From: Hormiphora californensis
Taxonomy: Eukaryota; Animalia; Ctenophora
NCBI GenBank assembly: GCA_020137815.1
Contig: CM035355.1
Span: forward strand, 1 to 64,000
Length of the DNA: 64,000 nt
Direction of reading: 5' to 3'
The notes beneath the pieces are model-generated. The model was not told where the DNA came from. It made no database searches and was given only the letters and a program-made list of their open reading frames with translations. Within the stretch, counting starts at the first letter, position 1. The number at the start of each line of letters is the position of its first letter. Below, piece after piece: positions 49,001 through 60,377 of the stretch. Made by a program: the position numbers and the translations under genes.

Positions 49001-49956
49001 GAGAGGGAGAGGGAGATAGATGACAGGTCACATCGCCGATTATGACAGATCACAAGGTCGATTATGGAATCACATGGTCGATTATGGCAGGTCACATGGC
49101 CGATTATGGTAAGTCACAAGCAAACAGGCATGAGGCCGGTAACGCAAACAAAAGGGAGAGGGAGATAGAGAGGGAGAGGGAGAGATAGAGATAGAGATAG
49201 AGATAGAGATAGAGATAGAGATAGAGATAGAGATAGAGATAGAGATAGAGATAGAGATAGAGATAGAGATAGAGATAGAGATAGAGATAGAGATAGAGAT
49301 AGAGATAGAGATAGAGAGGGAGATAGAGAGGGAGAGGGAGATAGAGAGAGGGAGATAGAGAGATAGAGAGATAGAGAGTTAGAGATAGAGATAGAGATAG
49401 CGATAGAGAGGGAGAGGGAGATAGAGAGAGGGAGATAGAGATAGAGATAGAGATAGAGATAGAGAGGGAGAGGGAGATAGAGATAGAGAGGGAGAGGGAG
49501 ATAGAGAGGGAGAGAGAGAGAGAGACAAAACCACTTTTTTTCGGGTTGTAGCAACAATATCCAATTTTTTTATCACTGCGTATTTACATTCTAGTATTTA
49601 CATTCTAGTTCTGGTAGGATATTACCAATGATTGCGTATTCGCTCTGCATTCACTGCGTATTCACTCTGTATTCACTGCGTATTCACTCTGTATTCACTG
49701 CGTAAACAGTTCTGGTAGGATATCCCCAATGATTGCGTATTCACTGCGTATTCACTCTTCATTCACTGCGTATTCACTCTGGAACCACTCTGCATTCACT
49801 CTGCATTCACTCTGCATTCGCTCTGCATTCACTCTGCATTCGCTCTGCATTCACTCTGCATTCACTCTGCATTCGCTCTGCATTCACTCTGCATTCGCTC
49901 TGTATTCACTGCGTAAACACTATCGATTTAAGGATATGGAGGATGCGGGTAGTACC
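46014..49956. mobile_element. Large foldback element W (8-bp TSD, GG..CC termini, Merlin-like) built of satellites
   Basis: TSD AAACATGA at 46006-46013 and 49957-49964. ~1.4-kb inverted arms containing (GAATGCAGAGT)n, (ATCTCT)n and ~21-bp ATAATCGGCCATGTGACCTG repeats. ~400-bp unique centre. Right arm partly duplicated. Confidence 0.88.
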
Positions 49957-50053
49957 AAACATGAGCAATTATTTAAAGACCTGGCTGCAAGCTCCTACTC
50001 GGTCCTGGGGCAATCTGCGGGTACTGGGGGAATCTTCATGGCCTTGTGAGTAT

Positions 50054-50278
50054 CAGTGGTCATCCGACATAATTGCCATACCTCGACGTGAAATTCGACC
50101 TGAATCTCGACCTGGAATGAGGCGCGCATTCGTAGTGAGCGAGACACAAAGACTAACGAGAGAGAAGAGTTGAAGCGCGACACCATTTGCTTACTGCGGC
50201 ACATCTCTCTGATGCGCGCCTCATTCCAGGTCGAGATTCAGGTCGAATTTCACGTCGGGATATGTCGGATGACCACTG
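50054..50278. mobile_element. Palindromic MITE (CAGTGG..CCACTG, TA target)
   Basis: CAGTGGTCATCCGACATA...TATGTCGGATGACCACTG|TA. Confidence 0.75.
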
Positions 50279-52697
50279 TATGGGAAAATACCCGCCGATT
50301 CATCACGATGCGAAATGAGGCCATAATTGACCTTTGAGTAGTGCTAGGTCAGCTAAAAAGGTCTCCAGAAACGGTCTATCACGCGCGATCTGCTGAAAAC
50401 GTGCTTTATATCGCGCGCACGTGAGTTCTTGCTCTCAACGGGCCGGGATCCTAAAGTACTCCCCAAACTACTATGTCCCTCACTCGGGTTTTGTGAAATT
50501 TCCCACGGTCATAACTCCATTCCCTGATGAGATAAAGACTTGAAATTTGTTTTGTAGGAAGAACTCGACATGATCTCCTCACAAAACAAATTTCAAGTCT
50601 CTATCTCATCAGGGGGCATGGAGCTATGGCTGTCTAAAATCCGGTCGCGTGCAGCAAGGGACATAATAGTTTGGGAGGACCTTTATTATTCGCGGAGCGA
50701 GAATAGGATGCGATGGATCCAAATCTGTTTGGAGCCTCGACACGACCTTTAACCCTTTAAGGGCGAGAAGGATTGGCTCGATAGATTTTTCTAATTTTTC
50801 GTTTATAAGTAGATATTATTACCACAAACTACCTCGAAAAAGAAATTTGAAGTTTCGACATGTAGTTTTTGCTGGGCCCACTGTGTCATATATGACTCTA
50901 TCGTCCGTAAGGGAATTCTAGTAACAAATGTCATTTGTGCAAAAGTATGGGTCCAATAGTCAAATTTTATGCTTTGAGGCAGTCTATAGCTATAATTTCT
51001 ACAATCTTGAACGGTTTTTACTAGAAAAATACCCCAAATTCTACATTTTGTATCATATATGACTCTATCGTCCCAATTGGTAAATTCTCCAAAAACATCC
51101 ATAACTCGGGCTAGAAAAGGAGCTAAGAGTCAAATCAGGGCACTAAACTGTGTAGAATCATCGCAGTTTAGTGGGGGTAGAGCACATATTTAGGTCGCTA
51201 TCTTGCCCCCTAATTGAGATAATTGGATAATTAGCCAATTATCTGTCCCACGCATGCTAATAAATAAAACTTTGCTTTGGGAAGGAGTTATGAGGCAAAA
51301 GGGGGCACTAAAATGTGTAGAATCATCACATTAGTGGGGTTAGAGCACATATTTAGGTCTCTATCTGGACCCCTAATTGAGATAATTGGATAATTAGCTA
51401 ATTAGTTGCCCTCCAGCGCTAAAAAATTCAATTTGGCGGAGTATACAAGACAAATGGGGGCACTAAAATGTGTAAAATCGTCGCCTTAGTAGGGGCAGAG
51501 CACATAGCTGAGTTTCTATTCCCGCTCCTAATTGAGATAATTGGATAATTAGCTAATTGACGGTTGCATAATCCCCCCTTTTCACCATATACCGTGGTTT
51601 CTGGCTAATCCTGAGCTCTTTTGTTCAATCTAAGGATCTTTACCCCATTTGTATCACCTTTGACTCGTTTTACACACTAATATAGCACTCAATACAACCC
51701 TAGACGCCGACTTCAGCTCTGTACAACCCCCTTGCTACTCCTAGCTAGACCTCTCATACACCATTATACTAAACGCCTTCTACAGATCATCTTTATTTCC
51801 GATGGAGTTCATGAGAAGTTTCCTTAGTGGCAAATGAGATTGTGAGAGTGATGAGGAGAAATAATGTAGGGGGAATCTAAACTGTGTGTCCAATAATAAA
51901 ATGGGAAACTGTAGTACATTAGGGGTTGAACGTCTTGTAGAAGCAATAGGATATCCCAACAAAATCGGTTAGGAAGGTGTATGGATCTCGAAATTATGAG
52001 AGGTCTAGGATTAAGCAAGAGGGTTCTAAAGAGCTGAAGGCGGTGTCTAGGGTTGTATAGAGTGCTATATTAGTGTGTAAAACGAGTCAAAGGTGATACA
52101 AATGGGGTAAAGGTCCTTATATTGAACAAAAGAGCTCAGGATTAGCCAGAAACCACGGTATATGGTGAAAAGGGGGGATTATGCAACCGTCAATTAGCTA
52201 ATTATCCAATTATCTCAATTAGGAGCGGGAATAGAAACTCAGCTATGTGCTCTTCCCCTACTAAGGCGACGATTTTACACATTTAAGTGCCCCCATTTGT
52301 CTTTTAGACTCCGCCAAATTGAATTTTTTAGCGCTGGAGGGCATCTAATTAGCTAATTATCCAATTATCTCAATTAGGGGTCCAGATAGAGACCTAAATA
52401 TGTGCTCTAACCCCACTAATGTGATGATTCTACACATTTTAGTGCCCCCATTTGCCTCATAACTTCTTCCCAAAGCAAAGTTTCATTTATTAGCATGCAC
52501 GGGACAGATAATTGGCTAATTATCCAATTATCTCAATTAGGGGGCAAGATAGCGACCTAAATATGTGCTCTACCCCCACTAAACTGCGATGATTCTACAC
52601 AGTTTAGTGCCCTGATTTGACTCTTAGCTCCTTTTCTAGCCCGAGTTATGGATGTTTTTGGAGAATTTACCAATTGGGACGATAGAGTCATATATGA

Positions 52698-55239
52698 CAA
52701 ACTTCGGATCATCTCCTAGTTCTGAAGACCATATTGGACAAATATCTCAAGAAAAAGAAGGTCAAGGTTTACTCATGTTTTATCGACATGCGAAAAGCCT
52801 TTGACCGCGTCTGCAGGCAAGGCCTCTTAAAAAAGCTAGCAGACATGGGGGTCGGCGGTAACTTCTTTTCCTGTCTCCAGAATATGTACGAGGGATCAAC
52901 TACGTGCATAAGGCTGGCGGACAAACTGTCTGAGTCGTTCTGCGTCCTAATCGGCACCGAACAGGGGCACCCCCTATCCCCCGAACTATTTAAAATGTTT
53001 GTTCACGAGCTATCCCATCTTCTCAACGAAACACCAGGAACTTTCCCCCAACTTGACAACAAGCCAACCAATAACCTGATGTGGGCGGACGACATTGTGG
53101 TCCTGGCTCTCAACAAGACTTCTTTACAGTCTCTTCTAGACACCCTGGGTCACTACACAAGGACGTGGGAACTTGAAGTTAATATTGACAAAACCCAGGT
53201 GTTAGTTTTTAACAAACAGGGCAGACTTCTACCGGAAAGCTATGGATTCAAGCTAAATAACAAATCCCTTCAACCAACCAAGCACTATTGCTATCTGGGC
53301 CTGATCTTCTCCGCAACAGGTTCCCTCAAACCAGCAATTGAAAACCTATCAACCAAAGGGAAACGTGCATGTCTAGTTCTCAAACGTACAATAAACTCAC
53401 AGGCTCTCTCGGGCTGGAGTCTGATGAAGCTATTCGACCACCTAATTTCTCCCATCCTAACTTACGGAGTACCGGTGTGGCTACCCACCCAGGCATGGCG
53501 GAACATATTTTTCTCAGCTGGGGCCACTTTCAGATATTTTGATCACGTGACCGGTCACGTGACATTTTCCGATTTTTCAAGTTGCGCGCAGTTTCACCAA
53601 ACTTCTGGATACTCTATACATCAAATTAAAATTGATCAGTAGGCTCATGGTTTGAACTGGGAGGTAGGGAAACAGGTGGTTGTACTGACGGAGGAGCAAC
53701 TGACTAAGAAACGTTTCATTGTCGAAGTGCAAATGTTAAATCACAATTCAAGGATAAATCAATTTCAGTCGAATGGCTAGCTCACGCACACATAGACGAA
53801 CCCTCATTAGATCGATGTCTATCACTCTATCCCAGGCCCACCTTGTATGACAAACTGCCTCTACTAGAATTTCTGTTTAGAGTAAAACGAAACGGTTTAG
53901 AACATAATCCTGGGCCAGCCTCATACAACGCCAAATGTTAACCTAGCGTTAGAAAAAGTATCGGTGAAAGTGGCCCCACCTGCCCCTGGTAGGTAAAATT
54001 TTACATGGGGCCATGGCCCCGGCTGCCCCCCTTGTTCCGCCACCCCTGTACCCACCACTCAAGCGGCAAGAGCGAGAACCAGAGGAGATCATCTAGACCA
54101 TAAAGGATATTTCAAGAGACTATCCACCGATCATTTTGAAAGAGTACACCTTGGATTTCTCAAATGGGTACTGGGTGTGCACAGCAAAACAACCAACACG
54201 GCAGTGTACGGAGAAACGGGAAGAGCACCCCTATCAATCTCGGTCCATCAGCAGTGCTCGAAATATTTCAGTAGAGCCCTGTCAAAAGCATCAGATGACC
54301 AAGACTCATCTCTACTCGCCCTCGCCGTCCGTGAACAACGCACTCTCAACCTGGAGTGGTTTGACTTTTGGGACTCCACCCTAAGGATAGGCGGCAGACA
54401 CCAACTTGAACATCAACATGTTCACCACTGGGATGCACTGCGCAGCACCCAATCCAAACTCAGTTTCTTCAACACGATTAAACAAGAGTATGGATACTCC
54501 CAATACCTGGATCTACGAAGACAAGACAGAACACACGTCGCCAAACTGAGACTCAGTGCTCACGACCTCCTTATCGAAACAGGTCGTTACACGGGTGACC
54601 TGCGCACATGCCGTTACTGTGTTGACAGATCAAACGCCGTTACTCTCAACCAGCTACCTATGGCGGACCCTATCTTTGAGGATGAAACACACGCTCTATT
54701 TGACTGTCCCGAATACGAGGAACTGAGAAAGAACACGCCAGAACTTCTCCAAATATCACTCAAATCCAAAAGCACATCACACATCGTCAATCCCGAACTG
54801 ATCACACCACTCAACAAATTTCTGGCTGCATGTCGCACACATAGATCTGAAAGTCCTGGGCCCGGCTAACTGCCTCAGGGCGAAGAACCGGTTCCACTGA
54901 TAAATCTTCATGTCCGGTGAAGAGTTGCAGCCCACGTTTATCTAACTCTACCTGCATGCTTGGGTGTGCGTGTGAGTGTGTGTGTGTGTACGTGTGTGTA
55001 CGTGTGTGTGTGTGTGTGCGTGTGTGGGCTTGACCGGTATGTACTGTGTTAGTTGGTGATTTTTTTTTGTGTGTAATTTTGCAGTCTCGTTAGAGTTTAG
55101 TGGGAGCGTTTTTTGGTGTTTTCGGGTGATTGTGAGTCCGAGTGGGCGTGTGTGCGTGTGGGTGATTGTATGCGTGTGTTGTGTGTCCGTTTTTTTTGTG
55201 TGCGTGCGGGGGTGTGAGTGTGTGCGAGCGTGTGTGAGT

Positions 55240-55318
<79 letters not shown>

Positions 55319-55442
55319 AGTGTGTGCGTGTGCGAGTGTGTGTGTATATTCTTTTCTTCCTTTTTTTAGTCCGAACGAGGTGGTACAATTATTTATTAAT
55401 TCTCACTGTTTTTCGTTCCATTTATTTTAAACTAAACTAAAC
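52698..55442 (+). mobile_element. 5'-truncated RTEX-like LINE (RT + C-terminal CCHC-type region)
   Basis: FIDMRKAFD, QGHPLSP, WADD, then GVHSKTTNTAVYGETGR and LRLSAHDLLIETGRY..C..C..EDETHALFDC. (TG)n-rich 3' UTR, (AAACT)n tail. TSD TATATGA at 52691-52697 and 55443-55449, confirmed by the mirror arm of U. Confidence 0.88.
53490..54048. mobile_element. hAT-type MITE (8-bp TSD TACCCACC)
   Basis: CAGGCATGGCGGAAC...GTTCCGCCACCCCTG, splitting the RTEX ORF. Confidence 0.88.
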
Positions 55443-56096
55443 TATATGATACAAAATGTAGAATTTGGGGTATTTTTCTAGTAAAAACCGTTCAAGATTG
55501 TAGAAATTATAGCTATAGACTGCCTCAAAGCATAAAATTTGACTATTGGACCCATACTTTTGCACAAATGACATTTGTTACTAGAATTCCCTTACGGACG
55601 ATAGAGTCATATATGATACAACGACTAAAACGTTAATAACTCATTCAATTTTCAATATTTTTTGATGCGGTTTTTTGCATTCGATTTGTTATGTCAAGTA
55701 GTTTTATCCCTTCAAAGGATTATTTGTGCCCCTCAAAAACAAAAATTTGAGAGGGGTTTTTAAAAAAAGGCCTAAATTAGCCTCCCGAGAAGGGCCATAA
55801 AAAAATTTCTTCGATTTTCCGAGCAGATTTGGACGTGGTTTTGGGTTCAAAATCCCTAAAACTAGCTTGTGACAAAAAATTAGCCAGCTAGACATCATGT
55901 AGCGCCTTCCAGACGGTCTAGAATGGACCGTGTCATATATGACCTATCGCCCTCAAAGGGCTAAAAGGTGTTACTTTTTCACAAACTGTTTTCATCTTGG
56001 TGTAATCAGCAGTTGAAATGTTGTTGATCATAACAAAAACCGAACTATTTTTTTTCAACTTGAGCAACCATCCGGAGACTCTAAGAGATATTTTAA

Positions 56097-56427
56097 AGTG
56101 AGAGAGAACAGCAGGGATTTTCACAAAAAGTTATCTGGATACTCCTTGATGGCTAACTAAAACTTTAGTGAAAACCGCATGTCTCTAGCATGTTTTTCAA
56201 AATTGAGCTAACACATGCGAGACGCACCATAATGGGCCCATAATGGGCGTAACTGCATGTACAATATGAATTTACGACCATTATAGGCCCATAATGGTGC
56301 GTCTCGCATGTGTTAGCTCGATTTTCAAAAACATGCTAGAGACATGCGGTTTTCACTAAAGTTTTAGTTAGCCATCAAGGAGTATCCAGAAAACTTTTTG
56401 TGAAAATCCCTGCTGTTCTCTCTCACT
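56097..56427. mobile_element. Palindromic MITE V (TTAA TSD, AGTGAGAG termini)
   Basis: TTAA|AGTGAGAGAGAACAGCAGGG...CCCTGCTGTTCTCTCTCACT|TTAA. Confidence 0.9.
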
Positions 56428-58593
56428 TTAAGCCGTTCTCCCGTAATCATTAATCCCGGTGGAGCACATATTATAAATGTGGAGGTACGTGCAATTGCCT
56501 ACTACCCCTAACTTTAATTTATACGTTATTGTAGCAATCTCTCCTCGTGTGCTCACTTTTGTAACTTTAGAAAGGGAAAGGGGGATCTTCAGAAAAGAGA
56601 GCACGCGAGAGAGATTGCTACAATCATACTATTATTAAAGCAAATAGGGAAATCCCATGTCCCGTTGTTTTTAACCAAATATGGCACAAAATTCCTGGAA
56701 ATGGCCTTTTGCACGTGTTGTCCCTAGAGGGACCCTGGCAACCTGCCAGCTTGAGCCTTAAACTGCACGTGCATCCTTGATTCATCTCTCTGCCGGTTGT
56801 GTGATTGATCGTTTGCTCGATTTGATATGTTCACCACGTTTCGTGAACATGACTACTCAACTTCAACACAATCGCCAGCGAGTTTGGAGGAGCCATATAT
56901 GTCCCAAACTGGCGCTGACGCCTATAGACTACGTGATAGAATCCTACAAAAGAGGTGATTATTATTCAAAAGAAGTTATCAACAAACGTAATAACAAAGT
57001 ATCAATGGCACTAATAAGAAATGACAGTAATACGTGAAAGTATTTTGCCAATGTACTCCTTCATAAAAAAAGTAATACCTGTTTATATTAGAGGTCGTGT
57101 CGAGGCTCCAAACAGATGTGGCAAAAGACTGGAACAATTGTGAGAGGTCGATGTAGTTATCGACTCTACTATAGCGATTACGCAACACATCCCTCTCATA
57201 CATCAAGCCCAAAAAGTCTACCTTCTCGCCGGTCCACCCTGATTTGAGGACTCTGCGGTTTTTCGGGTTGGCAACCCGTCTGACTTTAAAAACTTGCTAC
57301 GAATCTCTCGGCATCCTCAAATTTGGCGTCGGCGAATGCTGGCAAGCACCTTACTCCGGACAGCGAGGTGAGGGTGACCAGAGGACGGGAGGAAGGTAAA
57401 GCTGATTCAGGTGTTTCGGGGCCCTCCGACCTGATGGGAGTCTCGGATCTGGTGTCATTTAATCGCAGAGTTATTTCTGGCCAACACGTCCCTGGTGTGG
57501 CCGCCCCTGGTTCTTTTAGTTCCTTTAGTTCTTTTAAGCCGATTAATGCAGTCCGTAATTATTTTCATCTGGCAACTTGGAATGTCTTATCGTTACAGTC
57601 ATCATCTTCCAAACTTTTTGAATTATCTAATGCAGTCTCTTCTTTCCGTCTTGACGTTTTGCTCCTCACAGAGACGCACTGGCCTGGCGTGGAGACGAGT
57701 ACCCTAGACAACGGGTCTCTATTTATTAACTCTGGCAGGGCAGATGGTCTGAGACGGCAGGGCGTCGGGATTGTTTTATCTAAATCGTGAACATCTCTAT
57801 TGTTGTTGCGTATGCTCCCACCAATGACAAGGATGACACGGTTAAGGAGGAGTTCTATAACCAGCTTTCATCGGTTCTGGATAGGATTCCCCGGCAGGAT
57901 GTGGTTTTCCTTGGTGGTGACTTTAACGCCAGGGTTGGTGGTGGACATTCTCTTCATACGGTGTCCAATGATAACGGTCAGCGGCTGGAGCATTTGTGTG
58001 GTACCTATCAGCTCTCTGTTGGTGGAAGGATGTTCCCTCATAAGGATCATCATAAAGGAACCTGGAAGTCCCCTGATGGTAAAACTGTAGACACGCACGA
58101 AATATAATGTCTCTCTCCAGAACAGGTTTGACGCCTTAGAACCTGAGGAAAATCTGGAGGGTCAGTGGGGGCAACTTAAGCGAGGTTTCACTTGAGGTTC
58201 TGGGAGCTCGGCCGAAGCGGATCCGTCAGCAGCACTTGTCTCTGGAGACTCGAGACCTCATCGCACAGCGTGCTGAGCTGAAGAAGAATGATCCCGAGGG
58301 TGAAGAAAGCAGCACGGTTGGACGATGAAAGGTGGGCGGATGGTTTGGCATCGGATTTGGAGGATGCTGCGGTGCATGGGCGGCAGAGGGAGCTTTGGCA
58401 GCACATGAAAGATCTTTCGGGTGTGAGGAAACGTGGTGGTACTGCTGTTCGCGATAGGAATGGTGAACTCTTCGCTGATCCTGTCCAACAGCGGGACCGC
58501 TGGGCGGAGCACTTTTCTGAGCTGTTAAACCCCCCTGTAACTACATCACAGCTCTCGGATCTGGATGGTCTGGATGTGGACCCGTGTTTTGAG

Positions 58594-59749
58594 TTGGTTA
58601 CGAAGTTACCCCTTGCCAGCGTGCGCGAAGGTCGCCCAGGCGACCTGAGCTAGGGATTTAGTTACAGAATCGGTTTGATTCACTTCAAAAATTACTAGCT
58701 CCTTAACCACTCTAATGAAAATGCACCAAATTTTGGTATTGCCCCACCAAATTGTCTGAAAATTACAATTCTGCACTCATATTTGAAAAATTATCTCCGG
58801 AACCTTGGTTTTAAAGTGAGAGTGGACCGAATCAGAATTAGACAAGTTTGTTGTAGGTAGTAGAGATTAGCTTTCTGAGCATTTTGCGTTTTTGCCGCTC
58901 AAAATCGACCCATCCATCACTGAGATATTTTTGTTATGTTGGGAGAACTCCTGTTCAATCAGTATGTAAAAAACAGAATATAAACAATCGTGGTGTTTTA
59001 CTAACACATTCTAAATATATGCAGTGAGGTTGACATGTCCATTCACAGAAGCAAGGCAATGCAAGCCAGCATATTACAAATTTAAAGAAAGTGTTAGTAA
59101 AACACAAGGATTGTTTCTATCCTGTTTGATAAATATTGCTCCAGCAGAAATTCTCCCAACATAACAAAAATATCTCAGTGATGGGTGGGTCGATTTTGAG
59201 CGGCAAAAACGCAAAATGCTCAGAAAGCTAATTTCTACTTCCTACAACAAACTGGTCCAATTCTGATTCGGTCCACTCTCACTTTAAGATCAGTTTTAGG
59301 TGTTAATGATGAAATTTTTGAATAAGTAGGTCAGGTCATATTAAAGATCGTGGCAAAGTTTGAAGTTTTTATCTGTCTGGCGATCAAAATTAAAAAGGTC
59401 TTATAGTTGAACCATTTGTACAAAATATGTTGTAACTCAACTTCTACTTTGCCAAATTAAACCTGGTTTGAAACACTGAACTGCTAATCTATCCCTCCGA
59501 ATACGGTCGAAGTTTGAAACCGCCAGCTCTATTGACTGCTCTGCAATACTTGTTTGTGTCAAAGAAATCAGGAAAGTAACAAGATTTGGTCTCGGTGTCG
59601 ACCTGTGCGCGGCTCAGACCCATAGGCTAGAACTATGTAGTGTAGACTACAACTTTTCAGTCCTTAGTATAACGTTTTGAGCGCGTCATGAAAATAGGGT
59701 AAGCGGTTCTGATACCTCTAAACAGAGTGTGAGGTGTCTTCGATACCAA
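58594..59749. mobile_element. Hairpin-ended element (family T) with 9-bp TSD; ~680 bp plus nested MITE A (58815-59283)
   Basis: TSD TGTTTTGAG at 58585-58593 and 59750-59758, duplicating the RTE codons for CFE. Ends TT-GGTTACgaaGTTACC and GGTGTCttcGATACC-AA. Confidence 0.9.
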
Positions 59750-60129
59750 TGTTTTGAGGACCTTGGTGAGGATGATCCTCCATCTTCTCTTGTAGAAGTA
59801 TTGACAGCACTGAAACGACTCAAGAACCATAAGAGTCCCGGCGTCGACGGATCACGAACGAACAACTACGGTATGGCTCGTCCGGTCTCGATGGCCCCCT
59901 TGTGGATCTGTTTGGGGGAGTCTGGAGGGAGGATAAGGTCCTGGAGGAGTGGTTGAAGGGTGTCATTTCAGTGATCCCCAAGAAGGGTGACTCCAGTGTA
60001 TGTTCTAACAACAGGGGCATCACTCTGAGATCTACAACTTCTAAGTTGTTTCACATTGTTATGCTTGACAGGCTGTCATCTGGTCTTGAATTGGCACTTC
60101 GGGAAAACCAGTGTGGATTCAGACGGAAC

Positions 60130-60377
60130 CAGGCATGTAGGGGAAGTTTTGAAAGTGGTGGGGCCAAATTTTTTTGGTCGCATGATATGATATACACGGA
60201 CTTTTCTATTGAAAATTTGAATAGATCGGGCGAAGCGATAGCGGAGCCCGAGAAAATTTTTCGGTTTTTAGGCCAAAAAGTCATAGTTTTTGTCTAATCA
60301 TGAAAAGTAATGGGGCCATTTCCTGAAAAGTCCTGGGGCCATGGCGTACCCTACCCCCCCCTTCCCCTACATGCGTG
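60130..60377. mobile_element. hAT-type MITE (8-bp TSD GACGGAAC)
   Basis: CAGGCATGTAGGGGAAG...CTTCCCCTACATGCGTG inside RTE. Confidence 0.88.

Larger units (their letters stand above)
45769..50722. mobile_element. Hairpin-ended element (family T-like) with 9-bp TSD, hosting foldback W and MITEs
   Basis: TSD ATCTGTTTG at 45760-45768 and 50723-50731, duplicating X sequence. Ends TT-GGCCACattGATGCC and GGATGCgatGGATCC-AA. Branched hairpin at 45789-45826. Confidence 0.75.
50753..55960. mobile_element. piggyBac-like non-autonomous element U with long internal inverted repeats
   Basis: TTAA|CCCTTTAAGGGCGA...TCGCCCTCAAAGGG|CTAA. Inverted arms ~50882-51745 versus 52020-52697 + 55443-55618. Confidence 0.75.
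45707..57171. mobile_element. MITE family X copy 3 (TAG TSD), expanded to 11.5 kb by nested insertions
   Basis: TAG|TAGTAGAGTCG...CGACTCTACTA|TAG. X sequence is collinear across 45707-45768, 50723-50752, 55961-56096, 56428-56530 and 57065-57171. Confidence 0.82.

Noticed and set aside
46383-49576. Long SLSL/YLYL ORFs
   Set aside because: Translations of (ATCTCT)n microsatellite; no coding signal.
54948-55440. HTHT/CVCV ORFs
   Set aside because: (TG)n tract in a LINE 3' UTR.
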